In this document: positions 1-14,138 of the stretch, one piece after another | How positions within the stretch are numbered: position 1 is the stretch's first letter | Layout of the letters: every line of letters starts with the position of its first letter | Origin: Eledone cirrhosa | Lineage: Eukaryota | NCBI GenBank assembly: GCA_964016885.1 | Contig: CAXHJY010001397.1 | Span: forward strand, 1 to 24,497 | Length of the DNA stretch: 24,497 bases | Direction: 5' to 3' | The notes under the pieces: model-generated | What the model was told of the DNA's origin: nothing | Databases searched by the model: none | The model's input: the letters and a program-made list of their open reading frames with translations, nothing else | Position numbers and translations under genes: made by a program

Positions 1-2142
<2,142 letters not shown>

Positions 2143-2185
2143 ATGATGGCTGCCACCTCGTTATCGAGTATGGCCATTGCACAAT

Positions 2186-2285
2186 AAAAAAAAAAAAAAA
2201 AAAATAAAAAAAAAATAAAAAAAAAATAAAAATAAAAAAAAAAAAAAATAATAATAACAACAACAATAATAACAACAACAATAAT

Positions 2286-2316
<31 letters not shown>

Positions 2317-2476
2317 AAAGGAAAAGATTATATATATATATATATACACACATATATATACATATATATATATATACACATATATATACAACACATAACA
2401 TACACATACATACATATATACACACACACATACATACACATACACTCACACATATATACACACATACATTAATAAC

Positions 2477-2522
<46 letters not shown>

Positions 2523-2606
2523 GCAATAATAATAATAACGACAACAACAATAACAATATACATATTCACATATATATACACACACACGCACGCACATAAG
2601 CATATC

Positions 2607-2640
<34 letters not shown>
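2186..2640. repeat. Simple repeats inside the 3' UTR of RTE copy 1: poly(A), (AAT)n, (AAC)n, (TA)n, (CA)n as read on + strand
   Basis: Lies between the stop codon (2650) and the conserved 3' terminus (2143-2185); partly shared with copy 2 (9454-9657). Confidence 0.9.
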
Positions 2641-2641
<1 letters not shown>

Positions 2642-2649
2642 GATAGCAA

Positions 2650-5600
2650 CTAACAGTGCTGCGATCGAATGTGGCTTTTTAGCCCAGCCAATGATCTAAA
2701 ATGTCTTGCACAGAGTCGGCAACCAAAACATTTACTGGGAATAGTCGGCTGTGGTTGGAGTTTGTGTACTTTTGCATGTCGCTTGAGTCCTCCTGCTGAT
2801 TTACATTCTCTACCACATGTTTGGCAAGCATGATGAGTAGCATCTCCAACAGCAGCCTGGTAGTCAACCACTGGTCTTACTTTATGACTGCGAAGATGAC
2901 TTTCGAGTCCAGCTTTGCTTAGGCAGAGTCTCGCACAGACGCTGCATGTCAGAAACATAGGAGGACCCTCGCCGTCTGGAAGTGCAACAGCAATACCCTT
3001 CCTCACGTCCCGCTTTACTTTCTCGTGTGCGATTCGAGATGCCTCAAAGGCAACTTTTCCCTCATATACAGTCTTTCTCCATTTATTACGATCAGCAGCA
3101 ATATTTTCCCATGTATCAGCAGAGATGTTAGCGTCTCTCAGAGAGGCTTTCAAGGAATCCTTATACCTCTTTTTTGGTTTATGTGGCGGTCGTTTTCCTT
3201 TAACCAACTCTCCATAGAAGAGTTGTTTTGGTATTCTAGAATCCTTCATCCTGGCAAGGTGACCACTCCAACGGAGTCGCTGCTTAAGCACAAGAGCTTC
3301 TATACTGTCACACATAGAGCTTTCCAAAATCTCGACATCACTGATGTGGTCCCTCCAGCGAACGCCATGTATCCGTCTGAGACACATCTGATGGAAACGC
3401 TCCAATTGCTTAAGGTGGCGTCGATATGTGACCCAGGTCTCGCAGGCATAAAGAAGACAAGAGAGTACACATGCCCTGTACACCCTTACCTTTGTCCTCC
3501 TGCATATGTCTCGCCGACCCCAGAGTCGCCTTTCTAGCTTTCCGAAAGCATCACTTGCTTTCCTAATCCTAAGTGAGATTTCACCGTCAAGGTTGCCGTA
3601 TCGATTGACAGTGCTTCCCAGGTAGACAAACTGATCAACCACTCCAAGTCGTTTGCCATACACATAGATGTTTGGTTCAGTGTACTGCCTACCAGGTGCA
3701 GGTTGGTACATGACGACGGTTTTCTTGAGACTGACAGTCAAACCCAGGGCAGTGCAAGCGTCAGAAAATACATTCAAAATGTGCTGCATATCACTCTCTG
3801 TGTGCGCTACAAGATCGCAATCATCTGCATACAAGAGGTCTCTTATGACTGATGTAAATACTTTTGTCTTCGCAGCAAAGCGCCTGATGTTAAATATGCT
3901 GCCTGAGGTTCGATATCGGATGTAAACACCATGCTCGCAATTCCTGAATGCAATACAGAAAACCATTGCAAAGTATATGGCAAACAGGGTCGGTGCTGGA
4001 ATATCCCCCTGTTTCACTCCATTTTTTACTGAGATAGGCTCCGACATGTTACCTCCGACATTAACCCAAGCCTTCATGTCGTCATGGAAAGACCTAACTA
4101 AAGCAAGGAACTTATCAGGGCAACCAAGTTTCTGGAGAACCTTCCATAATGCATCTCTGTTGACAGTATCGAAAGCCTTTGTCAGATCGACAAAAACCTG
4201 ATACAGATCCAAGCCCTGTTCAATGCACTTCTCCTGGAGCTGTCTAGCTGAGAAGATCATATCAGTAGTGCCGCGTCCAACACGAAAACCAGATTGACTT
4301 TCAGGAAGGACACAATCTGCAATGTGTGTCAGCAGACGGTCCAGAAGCACCCTACATAAAACTTTCCCCACGACAGAAAGCAATGATATACCTCTGTAGT
4401 TCCCACAATCATTCCTGTTACCCTTTCCCTTTTACAAGACCACCATTACTGCATCTCTCCAGTCCTCAGGCACGGATTCATTAGCCCATATCCTTCCAAA
4501 CAGAGAGTGAAGATGTTGCAGGAGTCTCTCACCACCATATTGTAGGAGCTCAGCATGTATGCCATCCATACCTGGAGATCTTCCACTGTTCAGCTTCGAA
4601 ATAGCCACTGCAACCTCCACAAGTGTCGGAGGTTCTGCGAGAGCTACTTTCACAGGACTTTCCGGAATGAGATTGAGGAAATCTTCACTGACGACAGACG
4701 GCTGATTCAAAAGATCATCAAAGTGCTCTCGCCACCTTCGTAGAATTCCCTGTGAGTCACGAAGAAGTTCTTTGCCATCCTTGCTGCGAATCGGTGTCAC
4801 CAGAGAAGAAGACGGTCCATAAACCTCACGCAAGAGACTGTACAACAGCTTTGTGTTATTGCAATCAGACGCAGTTTGTATCTCACCAGCCTTCTCACTC
4901 CACCACTGATCCTTCATCTGAGAAAGACTCCGCCTAACACGTGATTTTACATCCCTGAGCTCCTCATGCAACGTATTCCTCTCCTGTGGTTTTGCCGTCA
5001 AGTAGCGTGACAGAGCGCGCCTCTTATCAGCCAACAAGTCATCTATATGCACATCTTTCTCATTAAACCAGTCCTGATGTTTTCTCTGCACCAATCCCAG
5101 AACACGTCTGCCTACATCATAAACCGACTTTTTAAGGGTCGGCCAATCCTCACCAAGATCTGCAGCCTGCATCTCTTCTTCCAATGTCCTCTTCACATTT
5201 TTATCCCCAAGACGAGCAGCATTCAATCTTTTGGGCAGGGTAACACCAGGAGCCCGGATTTTACGTTTGGTGATTAGATTCACTTTTGCGCGTACCAGGC
5301 GGTGGTCCGTCCAGCACTCAGCTCCACGAAGAACACGAACACACTGCACATCCTGTCTGTCACGCATCCTGACTAGGACGTAGTCCAAAAGATGCCATTC
5401 CTTAGATGCAGGATGCATCCATGTGGTCTTGAATTTGTTCTTTTGTTGGAACATGGTGTTGGTAACACACAGATCCAGCTCCTCACACATCTGCAGCAAG
5501 AGCATACCATTGCTGTTACACTTTCCCACCCCATGCCTTCCGATTACATTCCATGTGTTAAAATCCCTACCCACTCTAGCATTAAAGTCACCAAGCACGG

Positions 5601-6195
5601 TGACTTTGTCTGCCTGAGGGATATTTCTTAAAACACCTTTCAAGGCATGGTAAAAGGACAGTTTTTCTTCATCGACAGAATTCATAGTTGGGGCATACAC
5701 ACTCACCAGGGTAGCATATCTTCCCTTGTCCAGCGGAACTCTCATGGACATAAGACGCTCACTAATCCCCACTGGGAATTCTTCCAATTTATTCACCAGT
5801 ACAGTCTTAACAGCAAATCCTACCCCAGCCTCTCTTCTGGTTCCTTCATCTCTTCCTTTCCAGAAGAATGTATATTCTCCACAAAATTCCGTAAGATGAC
5901 CATCTCCAGCTAACCTCGTCTCAGACAAAGCCACGATGTCAAGATCGTAACGTCGAAGCTCCTTTGCAACAAGAGCGGTCCTTCGTTCAGGACGCTCCAA
6001 AGAATCCCTGTCAAGCAGCGTCCGTACGTTCCAGCAGCCAAGACTAAATGCCCTGTTTGGCTCTATTACAATGGCACGATGACGGGCGGGCCCAGGTTGT
6101 GATAACTTGGGGCCCCTGCCCTTATTGCCAATGATCTCTTTTGTTCCAGAACCCAAATTGGCAATTATCTCGTTTACATTGTTCTGGAACATCAT
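2650..6195 (-). pseudogene. RTE ORF (1181 codons): APE endonuclease, reverse transcriptase, 3x C2H2 zinc finger; one in-frame premature stop
   Basis: APE motifs WNVRTL, LSETRL, YAPT, GDFNARVG, LDYV, TDH; RT motifs QSGFR, DLTKAFD, GVKQG, YADD (3820-3831), FVYLGS. ORFs 4432..6195 and 2650..4383 are in frame, split by TAA at 4432-4434, which is TAC (Tyr) in copy 2. Confidence 0.95.
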
Positions 6196-6203
6196 TGAAT
6201 TGG

Positions 6204-6233
6204 AAAAAAAAAAGAAAAAAAAAAGTAATAATA

Positions 6234-6268
<35 letters not shown>
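6204..6268. repeat. Poly(A) plus (AAT)n tract inside the RTE 5' UTR, just upstream of the start codon
   Basis: Same tract at the same position in copy 2 (13218-13286) with different lengths. Confidence 0.9.
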
Positions 6269-6271
<3 letters not shown>

Positions 6272-6572
6272 ACACTATTAATAATTATTAATGCACTCGT
6301 GCAATGCCTGTGCGTGACGAATATTTTTAAAGTGAGGAAAGACTGTGCACTGAACCAATCCCACTCTCTGAGCGACAGTAGCTATAACCCGAAAAGAAGA
6401 AAAGATCTACATCATCGGTAACTACTGAGCCGCAGGTTTTATATCGGAGTTAACCCAGTTTCCTGAGATGCCTTCTCCTAGAAGAATACCCTGACATGGG
6501 CTAGGGGTTCTTCACTCCCAGTGGTTTAACTGCGCGATCGGGCATCCAGCCCGATTATTTCTATGTCCCCGC

Positions 6573-6610
<38 letters not shown>

Positions 6611-6778
6611 ACTTATTGACACTTATACGTACGACATACACACACACGCATACATATGCGTGCACACAGCAACACTCATACATACAACAAACACACACAC
6701 ACGCTACTCTACTCACTTACACGCACACACACACATATATATATATATATTACCATCATTACTGATACAAGATTACCA

Positions 6779-6842
6779 TATATATATACATACATACACA
6801 TATATATATATATACATATATATATACATACATACACGTATA

Positions 6843-6880
<38 letters not shown>

Positions 6881-6951
6881 CATATACATATATATATACA
6901 TACATACACATATATATATATATACATACATATATATATATATATACATAC

Positions 6952-6995
<44 letters not shown>

Positions 6996-7501
6996 ATATA
7001 TACATATATATATATATACATATATACATATATATATACATATATATATATACATACATATATACATATATATATACATATATATATATACATACATATA
7101 TACATATATATATATACATACATATATACATATATATATATACATACATATACATATATATATATACATACATATATATATATACATACATATACATATA
7201 CATACATATATATACATATATATATACATATACATATACATACATACACATATACATACATACACATATATATATATACATACATATACATATATATATA
7301 TACATATACATATATATATATACATACATATACATATATATATATACATATACATATATATATATACATACATACATATACATATATATATACATATACA
7401 TATATACATATACATATATACGTACATATACATATATACATATACATATATATATATACGTACATATACATATATACGTACATATACATATATACATATA
7501 C

Positions 7502-7534
<33 letters not shown>

Positions 7535-7719
7535 CATATACATATATATATACATATACATATATATACATATACATATACATATATATATATATACATA
7601 TACATATATATATATACATATATATATATACATATACATATACATACACATATATATATATACATATACATACATATACATACATATATATACATATATA
7701 TATATACATATACATATAC

Positions 7720-7770
<51 letters not shown>

Positions 7771-7793
7771 CATATATATATATATACACATAC

Positions 7794-7827
<34 letters not shown>

Positions 7828-8138
7828 ATACATATACATATATATATACATATACATATATATATATACATATACATATATATATATACATATACATATA
7901 TATATACATATACATATACATATATATATACATATATATACATATACATATATATATACATATATATACATATACATATATATATACATATATATATACA
8001 TATATATATACATATATATATACATATATATATACATATATATATACATATATATATATACATACATACATATATATATACATATACATACATACATATA
8101 TATATATACATACATACATATATATATATACATACATA

Positions 8139-8170
<32 letters not shown>

Positions 8171-8183
8171 CATATATATATAC

Positions 8184-8217
<34 letters not shown>

Positions 8218-8407
8218 ACATACATATATATATATACATACATATATACATATACATACATATATATATATATACATACATATATACATACATACATATA
8301 TACATATATATATACATACATACATATATACATATATACATACATACATATATATACATACATACATACATATACATACATATATATATAGACATATATA
8401 TATATAC

Positions 8408-8441
<34 letters not shown>

Positions 8442-8713
8442 ATACATACATACATACATATACATACATACATATATACATACATATATACATACATACA
8501 TATACATACATACATATATACATACATATATACATACATACATATATTCATACATACATATATATATATATATATTCATACATATATATATATATATATA
8601 TATATTCATACATATATATATATATATATATATTCATACATATATATATATATATATATTCATACATATATATATATATATATTCATACATATATATATA
8701 TATATTCATACAT
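6779..8713. repeat. Compound (TA)n/(CATA)n microsatellite, switching to TTCATACA(TA)n units from ~8547
   Basis: Direct inspection. Confidence 0.96.
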
Positions 8714-9360
8714 ATCATCATCATCATCATCAACGTTTAACGTCCGTGTTCCACGCTTGCATGGGTTTGGACGGGGGTAGTCCCACTTGAGGCAAGAGTG
8801 ATTGTCTTGCTCGCATAGGACTGTCTGGCAGGTTTTCTACAGTTGGATGCCCTTCCTAACACCAACCACATTTACAGTGTGGGTCTGGGAGGTTTTTACC
8901 GTGTTGCCTACACGGCCACATTACAGCGTGGACTGTGTGTTTTTTTGTCGTGACACCTACACGATCTCATTTGTTTCGGCCCGGATGGCGCGGCACCAAC
9001 ATAACTTTACATAGGACGGGGTGGTGTGGATGGGGTGGGGGTGGTGGTGGTGGGACGGGGTGTAGTTTGTTAGAGATGCCTACTGGCAAGGCGGGTCTTC
9101 TCTGTTACTGAGTACCGCCAAAGGTCTCGGTCCAGTGACATTGTCTTGGAGAGGTGTAAGTGTGTGAGGTCGGAGTTTATCAGCTCGTCCCAGGTTTTTC
9201 TAGGTCTGCCTATTCCGTGGCTACCGTCTATCTTTATTGCCCTGCACTTTGTTATACAGCTATCGACTTTCATGCGCATCACGTGTCCATACCAACGTAG
9301 CCTTCTCTCGAGTAAACAACATCTGATCCCTCTTATCTCTAATTTTTTCCTTAGTTCGTT
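8714..9360 (-). mobile_element. Heavily 5'-truncated copy of the second RTE-group LINE (ORF C-terminus, 3' UTR, (TGA)n tail)
   Basis: Reverse complement matches 15590-16236 with about 10 substitutions and small indels; encodes the same ...[12 protein letters not shown]-terminus (stop at 9070-9072). Confidence 0.95.
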
Positions 9361-9410
9361 ATATATATATATATATATTCATACATATATATATATATAT
9401 TCATACATAT
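9361..9410. repeat. Remnant of the TTCATACA(TA)n array between two insertions
   Basis: Same unit and orientation as 8547-8713, 13690-14534 and 16237-16580. Confidence 0.9.
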
Positions 9411-9476
9411 ATGATGGCTGCCCCCTCGTTATCGAGTATGGCCATTGCACAATAAAAAAAAAAAAAAAAAAAAAAA

Positions 9477-9540
<64 letters not shown>

Positions 9541-9619
9541 GCAATAATAATAATAACGACAACAACAATAATAATATACATATTCATATATATATACACA
9601 CACACGCACGCACATAAGC

Positions 9620-9657
<38 letters not shown>

Positions 9658-12600
9658 GATAGCAACTAACAGTGCTGCGATCGAATGTGGCTTTTTAGCC
9701 CAGCCAATGATCCAAAATGTCTTGCACAGAGTCGGCAACCAAAACATTTACTGGGAATAGTCGGCTGTGGTTGGAGTTCGTGTACTTTTGCATGTCGCTT
9801 GAGTCCTCCTGCTGATTTACATTCTCTACCACATGTTTGGCAAGCATGATGAGTAGCATCTCCAACAGCAGCCTGGTAGTCAACCACTGGTCTTACTTTA
9901 TGACTGCGAAGATGACTTTCGAGTCCAGCTTTGCTTAGGCAGAGTCTCGCACAGACGCTGCATGTCAGAAACATAGGAGGACCCTCGCCGTCTGGAAGTG
10001 CAACAGCAATACCCTTCCTCACGTCCCGCTTTACTTTCTCGTGTGCGATTCGAGATGCCTCAAAGGCAACTTTTCCCTCATATACAGTCTTTCTCCATTT
10101 ATTACGATCAGCAGCAATATTTTCCCATGTATCAGCAGAGATGTTAGCGTCTTTCAGAGAGGCCTTCAAGGAATCCTTATACCTCTTTTTTGGTTTATGT
10201 GGCGGTCGTTTTCCTTTAACCAACTCTCCATAGAAGAGTTGTTTTGGTATTCTAGAATCCTTCATCCTGGCAAGGTGACCACTCCAACGGAGTCGCTGCT
10301 TAAGCACAAGAGCTTCTATACTGTCACACATAGAGCTTTCCAAAATCTCGACATCACTGATGTGGTCCCTCCAGCGAACGCCATGTATCCGTCTGAGACA
10401 CATCTGATGGAAACGCTCCAATTGCTTAAGGTGGCGTCGATATGTGACCCAGGTCTCGCAGGCATAAAGAAGACAAGAGAGTACACATGCCCTGTACACC
10501 TTTACCTTTGTCCTCCTGCATATGTCTCGCCGACCCCAGAGTCGCCTTTCTAGCTTTCCGAAAGCATCACTTGCTTTCCTAATCCTAAGTGAGATTTCAC
10601 CGTCAAGGTTGCCGTATCGATTGACAGTGCTTCCCAGGTAGACAAACTGATCAACCACTCCAAGTCGTCTGCCATACACATAGATGTTTGGTTCAGTGTA
10701 CTGCCTACCAGGTGCAGGTTGGTACATGACGACGGTTTTCTTGAGATTGACAGTCAAACCCAGGGCAGTGCAAGCGTCAGAAAATACATTCAAAATGTGC
10801 TGCATATCACTCTCTGTGTGCGCTACAAGATCGCAATCATCTGCATACAAGAGGTCTCTTATGACTGATGTAAATACTTTTGTCTTCGCAGCAAAGCGCC
10901 TGATGTTAAATATGCTGCCCGAGGTTCGATATCGGATGTAAACACCATGCTCGCAATTCCTGAATGCAATACAGAAAACCATTGCAAAGTATATGGCAAA
11001 CAGGGTCGGTGCTGGAATATCCCCCTGTTTCACTCCATTTTTCACTGAGATAGGCTCCGACATGTTACCTCCGACATTAACCCAAGCCTTCATGTCGTCA
11101 TGGAAAGACCTAACTAAAGCAAGGAACTTATCAGGGCAACCAAGTTTCTGGAGAACCTTCCATAATGCATCTCTGTTGACAGTATCGAAAGCCTTTGTCA
11201 GATCGACAAAAACCTGATACAGATCCAAGCCCTGTTCAATGCACTTCTCCTGGAGCTGTCTAGCTGAGAAGATCATATCAGTAGTGCCGCGTCCAACACG
11301 AAAACCAGATTGACTTTCAGGAAGGACACAATCTGCAATGTGTGTCAGCAGACGGTCCAGAAGCACCCTACATAAAACTTTCCCCACGACAGAAAGCAAT
11401 GATATACCTCTGTAGTTCCCACAATCATTCCTGTTACCCTTTCCCTTGTACAAGACCACCATTACTGCATCTCTCCAGTCCTCAGGCACGGATTCATTAG
11501 CCCATATCCTTCCAAACAGAGAGTGAAGATGTTGCAGGAGTCTCTCACCACCATATTGTAGGAGCTCAGCATGTATGCCATCCATACCTGGAGATCTTCC
11601 ACTGTTCAGCTTCGAAATAGCCACTGCAACCTCCACAAGTGTCGGAGGCTCTGCGAGAGCTACTTTCACAGGACTTTCCGGAATGAGATTGAGGAAATCT
11701 TCACTGACGACAGACGGCTGATTCAAAAGATCATCAAAGTGCTCCCGCCACCTTCGTAGAATTCCCTGTGAGTCACGAAGAAGTTCTTTGCCATCCTTGC
11801 TGCGAATCGGTGTCACCAGAGAAGAAGACGGTCCATAAACCTCACGCAAGAGACTGTACAACAGCTTTGTGTTATTGCAATCAGACGCAGTTTGTATCTC
11901 ACCAGCCTTCTCACTCCACCACTGATCCTTCATCTGAGAAAGACTCCGCCTAACACGTGATTTTACATCCCTGAGCTCCTCATGCAACGTATTCCTCTCC
12001 TGTGGTCTTGCCGTCAAGTAGCGTGACAGAGCGCGCCTCTTATCAGCCAACAAGTCATCTATATGCACATCTTTCTCATTAAACCAGTCCTGATGTTTTC
12101 TCTGCACCAATCCCAGAACACGTCTGCCTACATCATAAACCGACTTTTTAAGGGTCGGCCAATCCTCACCAAGATCTGCAGCCTGCATCTCTTCTTCCAA
12201 TGTCCTCTTCACATTTTTATCCTTAAGACGAGCAGCATTCAATCTTTTGGGCAGGGTAACACCAGGAGCCCGGATTTTACGTTTGGTGATTAGATTCACT
12301 TTTGCGCGTACCAGGCGGTGGTCCGTCCAGCACTCAGCTCCACGAAGAACACGAACACACCGCACATCCTGTCTGTCACGCATCCTGACTAGGACGTAGT
12401 CCAAAAGATGCCATTCCTTAGATGCAGGATGCATCCATGTGGTCTTGAATTTGTTCTTTTGTTGGAACATGGTGTTGGTAACACACAGATCCAGCTCCTC
12501 ACACATCTGCAGCAAGAGCATACCATTGCTGTTACACTTTCCCACCCCATGCCTTCCGATTACATTCCATGTGTTAAAATCCCTACCCACTCTAGCATTA

Positions 12601-13217
12601 AAGTCACCAAGCACGATGACTGTCTGCCTGAGGGATATTTCTTAAAACACCTTTCAAGGCATGGTAAAAGGACAGTTTTTCTTCATCGACAGAATTCATA
12701 GTTGGAGCATACACACTCACCAGGGTAGCATATCTTCCCTTGTCCAGCGGAACTCTCATGGACATAAGACGCTCACTAATCCCCACTGGGAATTCTTCCA
12801 ATTTATTCACCAGTACAGTCTTAACAGCAAATCCCACCCCAGCCTCTCTTCTGGTTCCTTCATCTCTTCCTTTCCAGAAGAATGTATATTCTCCACAAAA
12901 TTCCGTAAGATGACCATCTCCAGCTAACCTCGTCTCAGACAAAGCCACGATGTCAAGATCGTAACGTCGAAGCTCCTTCGCAACAAGAGCGGTCCTTCGT
13001 TCAGGACGCTCCAAAGAATCCCTGTCAAGCAGCGTCCGTACGTTCCAGCAGCCAAGACTAAATGCCCTGTTTGGCTCTATTACAATGGCACGATGACGGG
13101 CGGGCCCAGGTTGTGATAACTTGGGGCCCCTGCCCTTATTGCCAATGATCCTTTTTGTTCCAGAACCCAAATTGGCAATTATCTCGTTTACATTGTTCTG
13201 GAACATCATTGAATTGG

Positions 13218-13248
<31 letters not shown>

Positions 13249-13253
13249 TAATA

Positions 13254-13288
<35 letters not shown>

Positions 13289-13677
13289 ACACTATTAATA
13301 ATTATTAATGCACTCGTGCAATGCCTGTGCGTGACGAATATTTTTAAAGTGAGGAAAGACTGTGCACTGAACCAATCCCACTCTCTGAGCGACAGTAGCT
13401 ATAACCCGAAAAGAAGAAAAGATCAACATCATCGGTAACTACTGAGCCGCAGGTTTTATATCGGAGTTAACCCAGTTTCCTGAGATGCCTTCTCCTAGAA
13501 GAATACCCTGACATGGGCTAGGGGTTCTTCACTCCCAGTGGTTTAACTGCGCGATCGGGCATCCAGCCCGATTATTTCTATGTCCCCGCGCAAAAAAAAA
13601 AAAAAAATTACTTATTGACACTTATACGTACGACATACACACACACGCATACATATGCGTGCACACAGCAACACTCA
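9411..13677 (-). mobile_element. RTE-clade (BovB-like) LINE, copy 2, near full length
   Basis: ~99% identical to copy 1 over the ORF; same 3' terminus; shared 5' sequence stops at ...AACACTCA (13677), about 100 nt short of where copy 1 appears to extend. Confidence 0.93.
9666..13209 (-). pseudogene. RTE ORF (APE-RT-3x C2H2) with a 2-nt frameshift deletion in the endonuclease domain
   Basis: 3544 nt versus 3546 nt in copy 1; TGACTTTGTC (copy 1, 5601-5610) is TGACTGTC at 12617-12624; ORFs 12604..13209 and 9666..12614 together give the full protein. Confidence 0.95.
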
Positions 13678-13719
13678 CACACATACATATATATATATTC
13701 ATACATATATATATATATT

Positions 13720-13761
<42 letters not shown>

Positions 13762-14043
13762 TACATATATATATATATATTCATACATATATATATATAT
13801 ATATTCATACATATATATATATATTCATACATATATATATATATTCATACATATATATATATATTCATACATATATATATATATATATTCATACATATAT
13901 ATATATATATATTCATACATATATATATATATATTCATACATATATATATATATATTCATACATATATATATATATATTCATACATATATATATATATAT
14001 TCATACATATATATATATATATTCATACATATATATATATATT

Positions 14044-14079
<36 letters not shown>

Positions 14080-14107
14080 TACATATATATATATATATAT
14101 ATATATT

Positions 14108-14138
<31 letters not shown>

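Larger units (their letters stand above)
2143..6778 (-). mobile_element. RTE-clade (BovB-like) LINE, copy 1, near full length
   Basis: Single APE-RT ORF; 3' end ...GCAGCCATCAT running into the microsatellite; aligns with copy 2 from 2143 to 6678. Non-simple sequence continues to ~6778, so the 5' boundary is approximate. Confidence 0.92.

Noticed and set aside
2915-6421. Short plus-strand ORFs antisense to the RTE ORF (repeated at 9931-13438; similar shadows at 14863-15804 and 19269-20633)
   Set aside because: Shadow frames of coding sequence; recurrence only reflects the near identity of the copies.
6290-6680. Canonical HDV-like, hammerhead or twister ribozyme in the RTE 5' UTR
   Set aside because: Could not place the HDV P3/L3 and J4/2 pattern, the hammerhead CUGANGA/GAAA core or the twister core by eye; kept only as an unassigned structured RNA.
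2143-13677. 7-kb tandem segmental duplication or duplicated haplotig explaining the two RTE copies
   Set aside because: Similarity stops at the element's 3' terminus, 5' extents differ and the flanking repeat units differ, which fits independent insertions.
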